DNA of 64,000 nucleotides from Escherichia coli (GTDB lineage Bacteria; Pseudomonadota; Gammaproteobacteria; Enterobacterales; Enterobacteriaceae): NCBI RefSeq assembly GCF_045037415.1, contig NZ_CP173438.1; one strand, 5' to 3'. Shown piece by piece: positions 38,847 to 49,924 of this stretch (position 1 is its first letter; each line of letters starts with the position of its first letter). The notes under the pieces were generated by a model. It saw only the letters and a program-made list of their open reading frames with translations, ran no database searches and was not told where the DNA came from. The position numbers and the translations under genes were made by a program.

Positions 38847-39410
38847 TTACTTGTAGTCGAGTACGTAATTGGCCTGTGCCTGCACGTTACCCGGGGTCGC
38901 GGTGCGTCCCAGAGATTCCATACGGGCTTTAAAGTTCAACTCCTGGTAGGAGTTAGTCGTCGGGAAGTTGATAGTGATTGGAGTGCCAAGAGTCACGTTG
39001 GTGTTGTCTGATTTCACCAGACGTACGCCTACATCAGTTGCGCCGCCGATGTTACCTTCCAGAGTGTTTTTAAGCAGGTTGGAGTCGGTAGCGTCAACAC
39101 TGGCAGAACTAAAGGTGATTTTGACTTTATCAACAGTGTTAGTGCCGTCAGATAAAATACAATCCTGCAAGTGAATGGTGACATCTACAGGAAGAGATTT
39201 CTGTCCGCTTTTTAATACAGTATCAGCAACTTCACCGAGGTTTATTGTCTGATCTTCATCACCAGGAGCAATAGAACAAGGCGCATCGATAACTTCACCT
39301 TTAAATGTTATTTTACCAGAACCCTGATTTGGGTCATCAGCAAGCGCGTTAAAAGCAACGCCAGATAACAATGCGGTTGCGAACATAGATAACAATGTTT
39401 TTTTTAACAT
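38847..39410 (-). CDS. ygiL: Fimbrial major subunit (type 1/P pilin-like)
   Basis: 187 aa ORF with signal peptide, conserved Cys pair and C-terminal donor-strand motif (ANYVLDYK). Confidence 0.8.
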   Translation of the reverse strand: MLKKTLLSMFATALLSGVAFNALADDPNQGSGKITFKGEVIDAPCSIAPGDEDQTINLGEVADTVLKSGQKSLPVDVTIHLQDCILSDGTNTVDKVKITFSSASVDATDSNLLKNTLEGNIGGATDVGVRLVKSDNTNVTLGTPITINFPTTNSYQELNFKARMESLGRTATPGNVQAQANYVLDYK

Positions 39411-39988
39411 GACTATAATCCTTTATAGATTAGGATAGGCTGTGAATGGGACAATTAATACAGGTCTAATTTAATATTAATTGCATAGAGAGATTACCAT
39501 AGTTAGAGGTGGCCAGATATGTTTATATTGAAGATTGGTTAAGTAAATTTCAAACATATAATTTATAATTATATGTTTGAGCATATTTTTCTGGTTATTA
39601 GCTGTTTGAAGTTTTTATAATATATTTAGTGTATATTTTGATTGATAAATAGCCATTTATTTACAGTTATTTACACGGGTGTTGAAGTGGATTAGGGAGT
39701 GTTTTTTATGAAAATCGGAGGGAGGAATAACTTCAAAGATATAATATATATCTAGTGATACTTATTAAATTTTATTATCCTGAGTAATGTTTTATGGAGA
39801 ATTGATACATAATCAATATTATCGATCGATTGTTTTTTGAACAATCATGAGATATAATACAACACTTACTATGATCGAAATCATATACATGATCCACAAC
39901 TATGCGAGTATATGAATATATTCAACGTTGGATATGTGAAATTTTAACGCTAAATGTTTAGTAATGTTAAATTTTGAAGGTGAAAAGG

Positions 39989-40159
39989 ATGTTTATTGCC
40001 TGGTACTGGATTGTATTAATTGTTCTACTAGCTGGTGGCTATTTTCTTCATCTTAAACGTTACTGTAAAGCTTTTCGCCATGACAGAGATGCGCTGTTAG
40101 CTGCCCGAAGTAAATTAGATAAACGCTCCGATAAAGAAGTGTTTGAAAAGCATCAATAA
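39989..40159 (+). CDS. Hypothetical small single-pass membrane protein (56 aa)
   Basis: SD AAAAGGA then ATG; MFIAWYWIVLIVLLAGGYFLHLKRY... hydrophobic N-terminus with basic C-terminus; sits in an AT-rich spacer; followed by a hairpin. Confidence 0.3.
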   Translation: MFIAWYWIVLIVLLAGGYFLHLKRYCKAFRHDRDALLAARSKLDKRSDKEVFEKHQ

Positions 40160-40162
40160 TAC

Positions 40163-40200
40163 CTTTAATAACGATACAGATGTTGCCTTTAGCAATGGGC
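40163..40200. terminator. Bidirectional terminator hairpin between the small ORF and zupT
   Basis: ACAGATGTTGCC-TTTAGCAATG-GGCAACATCTGT perfect 12-bp stem. Confidence 0.6.
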
Positions 40201-40220
40201 AACATCTGTCATTATCATCT

Positions 40221-40994
40221 TTAACCAATTCCTGCCGTTTGTAGCAGCACTAAACTGAATCCCATCACTGACATTCCACATAGCACGCCATAACTGGGGT
40301 TATTATTGGGGTCAATCTCTTTGGCGAGCGGCATTAATTCATCAACCGAGAGCGCCACCATAATACCGGCAACCGCCGCCATGATTGCCGCCATGACCAC
40401 CGGAGAAATCATGCTGCCAAGAATTAACCATGCCAGCACACCACCGAGAATTTCAGCCAGTCCGGAAATCCCCGCCCACAGAATTGCGGTACGTTTTGAC
40501 CCCGTTGCCGCGTAAACCGGGCCTGCAACCGCCAGACCTTCAGGAATATTGTGCAACGCTACGGCCAGGGCGATACCAAATCCCAGCTCCAGGTTGCTGC
40601 TCGCCGTGACAAAGGTGGCAATCCCTTCCGGGAAGTTATGCAGACTGATACCGAGAGTGAGCAGAATGGCTGTGCGCTTGATCGATTTTGGCAACGGCTG
40701 CACCGATTTTTGCATTAAATCCTGCGGATGCGCATGTGGCAACATGCGGTCCAGACCAAAATAGCCAAGCAGACCGAAGATAAACATTCCATAACCCAAC
40801 ACAGGTGACATTCCTTCGGCGGCTAATGCGGCAGGAAGCATTTCCATTAATGAGATGAGCAACATGATCCCCGCCGCAAATCCTAGCGAAAACGCCAGTA
40901 AGCGGTTCGAGGGTTTTTGCCCGAGAACGCCGAGAAACGCGCCAATAAACGTGGCTGCCCCCGCCAGTATGGTCAGAATGAGAGGTACTGACAT
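40221..40994 (-). CDS. zupT: ZIP-family zinc/divalent cation transporter
   Basis: 257 aa form starting [22 protein letters not shown] (codon 15 of the track ORF); His-rich ZIP signature HNFPEG. Confidence 0.9.
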
Positions 40995-41136
40995 CGACAA
41001 CTCCTTATAAATCTTCACCTTCAGGCAGATCGTCAAAATAACTGATGATCATCATCATTGTTATCCGGGTTCTTACTCCGCCGAACAAGCGTATTGTGAG
41101 GATATCAAAATGACACCTTTAGTTAAGGATATCATC

Positions 41137-41925
41137 ATGTCTTCAACACGTATGCCAGCATTGTTTTTAGGTCACGGTAGTCCGATGAACGTGCTGGAAG
41201 ATAATTTGTATACCCGCAGCTGGCAGAAGTTGGGGATGACATTGCCACGCCCGCAAGCGATTGTGGTGGTTTCGGCTCATTGGTTTACCCGTGGAACAGG
41301 AGTGACCGCGATGGAGACGCCGCCCACGATTCATGACTTTGGTGGCTTCCCGCAGGCGCTGTACGATACGCATTATCCTGCTCCGGGTTCACCTGCGCTG
41401 GCACAGCATCTGGTTGAGCTGTTAGCGCCGGTCCCTGTGACGCTGGATAAAGAAGCCTGGGGCTTCGACCACGGCTCGTGGGGCGTACTGATTAAGATGT
41501 ATCCTGACGCCGATATCCCGATGGTGCAGTTGAGTATCGACAGTAGCAAACCTGCCGCCTGGCATTTCGAAATGGGGCGCAAACTCGCGGCGCTGCGTGA
41601 TGAAGGGATAATGTTGGTCGCCAGTGGCAACGTGGTGCATAACCTGCGTACAGTGAAGTGGCACGGTGATAGTTCACCGTATCCGTGGGCGATGTCGTTT
41701 AATGAGTATGTGAAAGCGAATCTGACGTGGCAAGGGCCGGTGGAACAACATCCTCTGGTGAATTATCTCGACCATGAAGGTGGCGCGTTATCGAACCCAA
41801 CGCCAGAGCACTATCTGCCGTTGTTGTATGTCTTAGGGGCGTGGGATGGGCAGGAGCCAATTACCATTCCGGTCGATGGTATAGAAATGGGCAGTTTAAG
41901 TATGCTGTCGGTGCAGATAGGTTAA
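41137..41925 (+). CDS. ygiD: Extradiol ring-cleavage dioxygenase class III (DOPA 4,5-dioxygenase-like)
   Basis: Track ORF 41110-41925; conserved form begins MSSTRMPALFLGHGSPMNVLEDN; start choice uncertain by 9 codons. Confidence 0.85.
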   Translation: MSSTRMPALFLGHGSPMNVLEDNLYTRSWQKLGMTLPRPQAIVVVSAHWFTRGTGVTAMETPPTIHDFGGFPQALYDTHYPAPGSPALAQHLVELLAPVPVTLDKEAWGFDHGSWGVLIKMYPDADIPMVQLSIDSSKPAAWHFEMGRKLAALRDEGIMLVASGNVVHNLRTVKWHGDSSPYPWAMSFNEYVKANLTWQGPVEQHPLVNYLDHEGGALSNPTPEHYLPLLYVLGAWDGQEPITIPVDGIEMGSLSMLSVQIG

Positions 41926-41970
41926 TAAAAGAACCCGAAGCCAGAATGACTGGCTTCGGGTGTTGCTGAG

Positions 41971-42642
41971 TTAGCCTCTGATGATTTTAAGCGCCCATGC
42001 GCCACTCATAATGACCAGCAGCACCAGACACATACCAAAAGCCAGCATACAAGCCTGAGCCATATTCATAAAATGCCATGGTGGTAGCAGATACCAGCCT
42101 TCAGATTGCTGATACATTTCCACAAACCACTGTTGCGTGCTGCTCAGTGTGACGCCATCAGGAACGATTGGTGCGTCATAGCCACAATCCCCGGTAGGCT
42201 TGAACCAATTTGGTGCCCACTGTGCCAGCGGCAGGTTAAAGGGAAAAGTGGGATCGGTAGAGCAACCCTGTACGCCAAACAGTGAATCGGGATCCGGATT
42301 ATGTACTGCATGGTGGATATCGTTCAGTTTGAGCGAAAACTTCAGTCCCAAAATGCTGCCGTAAAATGCCATCACGCAGCCAATTAGCTTGAGGATGATG
42401 TTCTTTGGATTGATCGCTGCAACCAATCCTCCAATCACCATCACAAACATGGCGTAGCGAATGTATACACATTGCTCACAGGGTGCCATGTAGAGATAGA
42501 TCTGGAAGAAAGAGTGCGCCAGGATAATTAACGTGCCCATCGCAACGGCCATTAACAACCACAACAAGCGTTGCTCCTGCCATCTGACCAGTGTGTCAAC
42601 TGGTGATGTGCGAAGATCTTTCCACATTCCCTTAATACCCAT
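41971..42642 (-). CDS. dsbI: DsbB-like membrane thiol oxidoreductase
   Basis: 223 aa ORF with DsbB-type TM helices and periplasmic Cys pairs ([11 protein letters not shown]). Confidence 0.85.
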   Translation of the reverse strand: MGIKGMWKDLRTSPVDTLVRWQEQRLLWLLMAVAMGTLIILAHSFFQIYLYMAPCEQCVYIRYAMFVMVIGGLVAAINPKNIILKLIGCVMAFYGSILGLKFSLKLNDIHHAVHNPDPDSLFGVQGCSTDPTFPFNLPLAQWAPNWFKPTGDCGYDAPIVPDGVTLSSTQQWFVEMYQQSEGWYLLPPWHFMNMAQACMLAFGMCLVLLVIMSGAWALKIIRG

Positions 42643-42656
42643 AGCCTGTTTCCCTG

Positions 42657-43325
42657 TTATTTGCTTGCTAACTCACGGATAAGGTCTGCCATCGCGTCGA
42701 TGGATTTGATGCTCTTGGTGTAGATCAAGTACTTACCATTAACGACATAGGCTGGAACCCCCTGGATTTTGGCGACATCATAAGAGGCTTTCCATTTTTC
42801 CAGTGTTTCTTGAACTGCTGGTTCTTTCAGTGCCGCTTCAAAATCCGCCTGACTCATACCTGCGGCATCCAGACCAGTTTTGATAAAGGCAGCGGGATCT
42901 TTACCGTCAGACCAGCGTTCTTTTTTGTCGTGATAAGCCGCGTAGTAGGCAAACTTGGCTTTCTTAAACTGAGAGTTAGCATCAAATAAGGAAATGCCTG
43001 CTGCTTTATCTTTATTGATCAAGACCGCAAAGACTTCGCTTGCTTGTTTGCCGTATTCACCTTTGGTTTCCAGATGGAACGGCGTGAAAGCAACGATATC
43101 TTTCACTTTTTCCGATACCGGACCGGTAACCGCTTTGTCGTACTTGTAACAGAACGGGCAGGCGTAGCTAAATACCTTAATCAGCGTTTTGTCGGCATTC
43201 GGAATAGGTTTTTCCAGAACCATGTAATCCGTGCCTTCGGTAAATGCAGAAGCGGTAAATGAAACAGCCAAAGCTGCGGTAAGCAGTATGGTTTTAAATA
43301 GTGATGAGATCCCTAATTTCGACAT
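42657..43325 (-). CDS. dsbL: Periplasmic DsbA-like thiol:disulfide oxidoreductase
   Basis: 222 aa ORF with signal peptide and CPFC thioredoxin-fold active site. Confidence 0.85.
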   Translation of the reverse strand: MSKLGISSLFKTILLTAALAVSFTASAFTEGTDYMVLEKPIPNADKTLIKVFSYACPFCYKYDKAVTGPVSEKVKDIVAFTPFHLETKGEYGKQASEVFAVLINKDKAAGISLFDANSQFKKAKFAYYAAYHDKKERWSDGKDPAAFIKTGLDAAGMSQADFEAALKEPAVQETLEKWKASYDVAKIQGVPAYVVNGKYLIYTKSIKSIDAMADLIRELASK

Positions 43326-43342
43326 TTTTATTCCCTTCTTAA

Positions 43343-45139
43343 TTATTTGAACATCTGTTGTGGACGGACTAACAGTGCACGATAGTGAGTCTGATTGGGT
43401 TTATCTGACAGCACGTCGATTTCCACTTTCACTTCTTTGGTTTTGTAATCGATTTCGTTCAACTTACCGATGGTTGGCTGCCCGACATCGAACAAATGAA
43501 TAGAACCACCGAAGCCAAACATGGTGTTACGGTCGGCTTGATATTCAATGATGGAGGTAATCGGGCTATAGAAATCGTAGCCACGTTCTTTACCGTATTC
43601 CCACACTTGCTGAACGGTGCCTTTCTTCTCATCAATCTTATATTCCACAAAGCGGGAGTATTTCATGGTTGGTAAGGCAGGTTGTTCCAGATGACGCCCA
43701 TCGCCATTATCAAAAATGGTGAGCGTTCCTTTGCTGGAAATCCAGGCGGTATGCTGGGTGTAGGTAAAGTCGAAGTCTGAGTTTTCGCACAGGCCATTTT
43801 CGTTACAGGTAATTGGCTTACCGTTAGCATCAACCGGTTTCAGCAGCTTGCTGGCCAGCGGTTTTTCCCAACCTTTAGAGGGCGCAAGGATCCATTTCAC
43901 TTGCTTATCACGACCAATCTTCACAACACCCTGGTGGCGAGAGGAGAGGATGATAGAGTCATCTTTTGCGTCATAGGCGATAGAGTTCACGTGCGCCCAG
44001 TTGCGGCCTGGCCCTACACCCAGCGCGTCGCCGAACGGTGTATCTGGTTCCAGTTTTGCCTGTTGTCCTGCATGGGCAAGGTCAACGTTAACGCAAACTG
44101 CACCTGCATCCAGCGCGCCGAGCAGTGCATCGCGTTTCGGATCGAGGATCTTGGTCAGATCCCATACATCGACAACGCGACCAGATTTATCGACTTCGAG
44201 GATATGGTCACGAATGGTGGTGACGTGTACGCCGTCATCGCGACGATAGTTACTCTTACCTACGCGCAACAGTACCGTGCCATTTGGCGTCTCAATGGAC
44301 TCATGAGTGGCGTCAGCAAATCCGCGCGGTAGTTTGTGATCTTCGAGCACCTGCCCCATCATGTCGAACTCGTACCAGTGCTGACCTTGTACAGCGGTAA
44401 AGGTGCCGCGTGGCGTTTCACGGATACCCATCAGATAACCACGTTTGTTAATGTTGCGGTCACGACCATCGTAGAAGGTGTTTTGATCCAACCACCAGCG
44501 GTATTCGCCTTCCGTATCGACGATAAAGGTGAATGGCGCGATATCAAAAGGGAGTGCGCCAGTTGCCGGACCCGCATCAAGGATACCGGCATTTTTATCT
44601 TTCTCACCATGCCAGTGGAGATCGGAACCTTGGGCGGTAAAGGTGTGGGTATTAACCAGATAGAGGCGATCTTCAAAACCTGGCGCGACTTTAACGACTT
44701 TGGTTTGCTGTAGGTCGGAGATGGAGCGGTTATCCATGTAATTGTTGACGATGGCGGAAGTCTGCACCACGTAATCATCTTTCATGGCCTTACCGTTTTC
44801 TTTCCACTCAACGGTCACTTTGTTCGCAAACTTCTGGTAAAGACCAAAAATCGGTACACCATCGTAAGTTTTCAGTGACTCGTTGCCCACTTTATAGCTG
44901 ATGTCAACGCCTTTTTCGCCCTTCCCGTGGACGGTAACTTTGACGTCAGAAATAACATGGCTGTCTAAATCAACCAGCGCGGTTAAGGGCGCATTACCGT
45001 AGGGATCGACGATAATCGCCCCAAGCTGCCCGGCAGGCGGTGCTGGTTTAAAACCCGCAGCCATCACCCCCGATGCTGACAAACCCAGGGTTATCGCCAC
45101 AGTTCCGGCTACGAGTGTTTTTCTATATTTATCAAACAT
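43343..45139 (-). CDS. assT: Periplasmic arylsulfate sulfotransferase
   Basis: 598 aa ORF with signal peptide (MFDKYRKTLVAGTVAITLGLSASGVMA) and beta-propeller arylsulfotransferase character; first gene of the assT-dsbL-dsbI unit. Confidence 0.87.
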   Translation of the reverse strand: MFDKYRKTLVAGTVAITLGLSASGVMAAGFKPAPPAGQLGAIIVDPYGNAPLTALVDLDSHVISDVKVTVHGKGEKGVDISYKVGNESLKTYDGVPIFGLYQKFANKVTVEWKENGKAMKDDYVVQTSAIVNNYMDNRSISDLQQTKVVKVAPGFEDRLYLVNTHTFTAQGSDLHWHGEKDKNAGILDAGPATGALPFDIAPFTFIVDTEGEYRWWLDQNTFYDGRDRNINKRGYLMGIRETPRGTFTAVQGQHWYEFDMMGQVLEDHKLPRGFADATHESIETPNGTVLLRVGKSNYRRDDGVHVTTIRDHILEVDKSGRVVDVWDLTKILDPKRDALLGALDAGAVCVNVDLAHAGQQAKLEPDTPFGDALGVGPGRNWAHVNSIAYDAKDDSIILSSRHQGVVKIGRDKQVKWILAPSKGWEKPLASKLLKPVDANGKPITCNENGLCENSDFDFTYTQHTAWISSKGTLTIFDNGDGRHLEQPALPTMKYSRFVEYKIDEKKGTVQQVWEYGKERGYDFYSPITSIIEYQADRNTMFGFGGSIHLFDVGQPTIGKLNEIDYKTKEVKVEIDVLSDKPNQTHYRALLVRPQQMFK

Positions 45140-45623
45140 GGATATATCTCCTTATATAACGCAAATATATAATAATGATGAATATCGACTGTTGAGAGGG
45201 TGCTAATAAATTCGTTACGTGAATATAAATATTAATTCAATAAAGAGTGAGAATGTTTTTGTGTTTCTTTTAAATATGTTGTTATTCGGTGAAACAAATA
45301 TTTATGTTTAATGGATAGTAGGGGGGCAATATATCAATCACAATGTTCAATACTGTGTAGTGTGATCCCTGCAACATTGTTTTTTAATTATTAAATTTAA
45401 ATCTGGTGAGATAAAAGTAAAGTATTTAAATAATATCAAATAGTTATGTTGTGATGTATTCACTTACTTTAATTACAATATCGCTTGCATATGACGATTT
45501 AACATTAAATTGAGTATTAATGTTAAATAAAGGTTGGATATGTATGTGTTTATATATTGATGGGAATTATGAATGGTGGATTATAAGAGATTGCCCCGCT
45601 TATCGGGGCAATATTAAGCTGTA

Positions 45624-46784
45624 TTACTCAACAAAAATATGTGGATAAAACCGAGACATATCCTGGGTGATCAATGCACGGTCTTCACGAATGCCAATTC
45701 CGGCAGGTTGATCGTTCACCAGCCAGCTACCAATCAGCATATAGCTGTCGCCGAATTTCGGTAACGGGTGGAATTGCTGAACAATCATCCCTTCTTCGCC
45801 ATACGGACCTTCCGCTGCTTCAATGGTTTTGCCGTTCTCAATGATCGACACGTTTGCGCCTTCACGGGAGAAGATCGGTTTAACCACATATTTTTCCATT
45901 TGCGGATGATCATCTTCCGCAAAATAAGCGGGCAGCAGGTTCGGGTGATTCGGGAACATCTCCCACAGTAGCGGTAGAAGCGCTTTGTTGGAGATAATGC
46001 TCTTCCACGCCGGTTCCAGCCAGCGTACGCCTGCATCCTCCAGCTTGGTGGAGAACATCTCACGCAACATAAATTCCCACGGATACAGCTTGAACAGGTT
46101 GGAAATCACCTGATCCTGTAAATCCGTGAACTGACCTTTTTCACCTAACCCGATATCGTCAATGTAGAGGAACTCGGTGGCGATTTCAGCTTCCGTTGCG
46201 CAGTCCTGCAAATACTGAATGGTTCCGCGATCTTCCACCGTGTCGCGACAGCAGGTGAGATGCAGCAACTGGAAGCCATACTGTTCACGCAGCTCAACGA
46301 AGCGATCGATCAGCTTTTCTTGCAGACTGTTAAACTGGTCGCTGCCCTCCGGCAAGTTACCGGCGTTAAGCTGATCTTCCAGCCAGATCCACTGAAAGAA
46401 CGCCGCCTCGTATAGTGACGTTGGCGTATCGGCGTTATTTTCCAGAAGTTTAGGTTCGCCAGTGCCATCCCACGCCAGATCAAGACGCGAATAAAGCGAT
46501 GGCTGGTGCGTCAGCCATGACTGGCGCACAAAACTCCAGGTGTGTTTTGGTATGCGGAATTTGGTCATCAGCTCATCGCTGGCGATCACTTTTTCCACCA
46601 CTTTCAGGCACATCTGGTGCAGTTCGGCGGTGACTTCTTCCAGCTTTTCAACCTGAGAGAGGGTCAACTTGTAGTAAGCATCTTCACACCAGTACGGCTC
46701 GCCGTACATGGTGTGAAAATTGAAACCGTATTCGTGGGCTTTTTCGCGCCAGTCCGGGCGCTCGGTAATACTGACTCTTTCCAT
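45624..46784 (-). CDS. ygiC: Glutathionylspermidine synthase-like ATP-grasp protein
   Basis: 386 aa [35 protein letters not shown]... Confidence 0.88.
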   Translation of the reverse strand: MERVSITERPDWREKAHEYGFNFHTMYGEPYWCEDAYYKLTLSQVEKLEEVTAELHQMCLKVVEKVIASDELMTKFRIPKHTWSFVRQSWLTHQPSLYSRLDLAWDGTGEPKLLENNADTPTSLYEAAFFQWIWLEDQLNAGNLPEGSDQFNSLQEKLIDRFVELREQYGFQLLHLTCCRDTVEDRGTIQYLQDCATEAEIATEFLYIDDIGLGEKGQFTDLQDQVISNLFKLYPWEFMLREMFSTKLEDAGVRWLEPAWKSIISNKALLPLLWEMFPNHPNLLPAYFAEDDHPQMEKYVVKPIFSREGANVSIIENGKTIEAAEGPYGEEGMIVQQFHPLPKFGDSYMLIGSWLVNDQPAGIGIREDRALITQDMSRFYPHIFVE

Positions 46785-46789
46785 CGGTA

Positions 46790-47461
46790 TCAGCCACCCA
46801 TTGAACGAGAAGAGGTGCCGGTTGCGCTACGCTGCATAGTGCTTTGTTTGGCAACAGATTCACCAAAACCGCCACGGGTAACAGTAGTAGTGGTCGCCGG
46901 TTTTGGTGCCATTGCCGTCTTCGGTACGGTCATGGTGCGGCCTGGCTGGGCTGCGCCATAGTTTTTACCGGTCGCGTCGGTATATTTACCGTAAGCCGGG
47001 CTGGCCGGGTTTTTCGAGGAGAACAGCGGCTGCTGTGCAAATCCCGCGCCGCCGCCCATCAGACGTCCCATCATGTAACCGGCCATCAGCGGCATCCAGA
47101 AACTCCCGCTGGATTGCTGGGCCTGCGCCTGGTTTTCTGGTGCCATGCCAGCCTGGGCTGGTGCCTGCTGGCACTGACCTTCACCAAATTCAGCAACACA
47201 GTCTTCACGGGTGGCGTATTTCGGCGCAGTACGTTCGGCTTCTTTCAGCGCATTGTTGTACGCGGTGGTACATTCGGCGCTTTTGCCTGGGTTTGCAGCT
47301 GAACAGTCGTCAGCATTTTGATAGAGAGACACTGTTTCATCACTCTTTTCACAGCCCGCCAGCATAAAAACAGTGGCAACCGCGAGAGCGACTGGTGTCA
47401 GATGGCGTGCGCTCCAGTTTTTGCGGAACGATGCGTGGCGTATGGATTTTGTCCGTTTCAT
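46790..47461 (-). CDS. ygiB: DUF1190 family lipoprotein
   Basis: 223 aa form starting [16 protein letters not shown] (codon 12 of the track ORF), lipobox LAGC; downstream of tolC. Confidence 0.82.
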
Positions 47462-47579
47462 TTTTGTCTTCCGGGACCAGTGGTAAATACCCATCAGAAT
47501 AGAGGATGGCTGGTCGAAATTGAAGCGAGAAGGGGGAAGAATGCGGCAGATAACCCGTATCTTTACGTTGCCTTACGTT

Positions 47580-47600
47580 CAGACGGGGCCGAAGCCCCGT
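47580..47600 (-). terminator. Intrinsic terminator downstream of tolC
   Basis: CGGGGCTTCGGCCCCG hairpin. Confidence 0.55.
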
Positions 47601-47608
47601 CGTCGTCG

Positions 47609-49090
47609 TCAGTTACGGAAAGGGTTATGACCGTTACTGGTGGTAGTGCGTGCGGATGTTTGCTGAACGACTGGTGCCGGGCTATCAGGCGCATAACCAT
47701 CAGCAATAGCATTCTGTTCCGGCGTTTGCGGGGCAACGTTTTCCGGATTAGTGGAAACCGGTTTGCTCAGCGCATTGTTCAGTGCCAGCAGATCCTGCTC
47801 GTTCAACGTACCCAGAGCTGACTTAATATTCAACTGGTTAATCAGGTAGTTATAACGCGCATTTGCCAGCTCTTGCTTAGCGTTGTACAGCGTGGTGGTC
47901 GCATCCAACACATCAACAATGGTACGCGTACCGACCGAGTAACCCGCCTCCATCGCGTCTAATGAGCTTTGAGCGGAAACTACGGCTTGTTTGTAGGCGT
48001 TAATGCTACTGATAGAAGCATTAATGTTGTTGAAGGAGGAACGTACGGTTTGTACGACGCTACGATGCGCGCTTTCCAGTTGCTCGCTGGCACCAACAAA
48101 GTTGTACTGGGCCTGTTTCACCTGCGAGTTAACCATTCCGCCCTGATAAATCGGCAGCGAGAAGCTCAGGCCAACTTTGTTCTGGCCCATATTGCTATCG
48201 TCATACTGGGTACCAGCGGCACCACGGGTTTTCGAACCGCTATAAGAGGTGTCAGAAATCCCGGTAGAAGCCGTTAAATCCAGAGTCGGTAAGTGACCAT
48301 CCTGCGCCTGGCGAATTTGCTCGCGCGCCAGGTCCTGGCTCAAACGCGCCTGTAACAGGGACAGGTTGCGTTTTTCGGCTTCTTTCAGCAGCGTGTTAAC
48401 CGGCTGTGGTTTGTCGGTTTTAAAGTTTTCGACATTCAGCGCCGCCAGTTCCGGATAGTAGTTACCGGTGATCTGGCGCAGCTGCTCTACCGCGTTATCA
48501 AGGTTATTACGTGCGGTCACTTCGTTCGCCAGCACGGTATCGTACTGTGCGCGGGCGTTCTGCACGTCGGTGATCGCTACCAGGCCCACGTTAAAACGTT
48601 GGGTGGTTTGATCTAATTGACGGTAGATCGCTTCTTTTTGCGCCTGTGTATAGGAAAGAACGTCAATCGCATTCAACACGTTGAAATAAGCGGTCGCGGT
48701 GTTGAGGATCAAGGTTTGTTGATCGGTCTGATACGTGACGTCCTGAATCCCAGCTGCTTTTTCCTGCAGCGTTAACGCACGCCATTTCGACATATCAAAA
48801 ATGGATTGAGTTAACTGCAGGGACGCACTGGTCGCGTTAGAGTTGATGCCGTTCGCGTCGCGGTAGCCGTTGCTATAGGTGTAATCTGCACCTAAACCTA
48901 GCTGTGGCAGTAATGGACTGCGCGCTTCATTAATTTTTTCAAAGGCAGCATCACGATCGGCGGCAGACTTACGCAATTCCGGGTTACTAAGGCGTGCTTG
49001 CTGATAAACTTGCATCAGGTTCTCGGCCTGGCTCAACGAACTGAACCCAGAGAGGCTCAGGCCGATAAGAATGGGGAGCAATTTCTTCAT
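47609..49090 (-). CDS. tolC: Outer membrane efflux channel
   Basis: 493 aa precursor starting MKKLLPILIGLSLSGFSSLSQA (codon 14 of the track ORF). Confidence 0.96.
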   Translation of the reverse strand: MKKLLPILIGLSLSGFSSLSQAENLMQVYQQARLSNPELRKSAADRDAAFEKINEARSPLLPQLGLGADYTYSNGYRDANGINSNATSASLQLTQSIFDMSKWRALTLQEKAAGIQDVTYQTDQQTLILNTATAYFNVLNAIDVLSYTQAQKEAIYRQLDQTTQRFNVGLVAITDVQNARAQYDTVLANEVTARNNLDNAVEQLRQITGNYYPELAALNVENFKTDKPQPVNTLLKEAEKRNLSLLQARLSQDLAREQIRQAQDGHLPTLDLTASTGISDTSYSGSKTRGAAGTQYDDSNMGQNKVGLSFSLPIYQGGMVNSQVKQAQYNFVGASEQLESAHRSVVQTVRSSFNNINASISSINAYKQAVVSAQSSLDAMEAGYSVGTRTIVDVLDATTTLYNAKQELANARYNYLINQLNIKSALGTLNEQDLLALNNALSKPVSTNPENVAPQTPEQNAIADGYAPDSPAPVVQQTSARTTTSNGHNPFRN

Positions 49091-49294
49091 TTGCATTCCT
49101 TGTGGTGAAGCAGTATTTAGCGCGATCAAACTGTAAAATTATTGCGGATTCTAGCAGAAGCCGCTACCGCAAAAGGTTGGCGTTACGTGCCATAGGGCGT
49201 TAATGTGCCTCAATTTAACACATGACTGCTCAAACGGCAGTCAAACGTCGCTGAAATTCACATTTAATTCACTATTAGTGCCAGGACATTAACA

Positions 49295-49924
49295 ATGCTT
49301 AAGCCAGACAACCTGCCCGTTACATTTGGCAAAAACGATGTAGAAATTATTGCACGAGAAACACTTTATCGCGGCTTTTTTTCATTAGATCTTTATAGAT
49401 TTCGTCATCGTCTATTCAACGGGCAAATGAGTCATGAGGTACGGCGGGAAATTTTTGAGCGCGGTCACGCCGCAGTCTTGCTACCCTTTGACCCAGTGCG
49501 TGATGAAGTTGTGCTGATTGAGCAGATTCGGATTGCCGCGTACGACACCAGCGAAACCCCTTGGCTACTGGAGATGGTTGCCGGGATGATTGAAGAGGGT
49601 GAAAGTGTGGAAGATGTTGCCCGTCGCGAAGCGATTGAAGAGGCGGGACTGATAGTCAAACGGACCAAACCGGTGTTAAGTTTCCTGGCAAGCCCGGGGG
49701 GCACCAGTGAGCGTTCGTCAATTATGGTGGGCGAAGTGGACGCCACGACCGCAAGCGGTATTCACGGTCTGGCTGATGAAAACGAAGATATTCGCGTTCA
49801 TGTGGTAAGCCGGGAACAGGCATACCAGTGGGTAGAAGAGGGGAAAATCGACAACGCAGCGTCGGTCATCGCTTTGCAATGGCTGCAGCTGCATCATCAA
49901 GCGTTAAAAAATGAGTGGGCATAA
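49295..49924 (+). CDS. nudF: ADP-ribose pyrophosphatase (Nudix)
   Basis: 209 aa ORF with Nudix box ([22 protein letters not shown]). Confidence 0.92.

Noticed and set aside
39411-39990. Possible invertible phase-variation switch upstream of the fimbrial major subunit gene
   Set aside because: No flanking inverted repeats and no nearby recombinase gene; only a short ATCGATCGAT palindrome.
46844-47821. Several 150-170 aa + strand ORFs
   Set aside because: Antisense to ygiB and the 5' end of tolC; no support.
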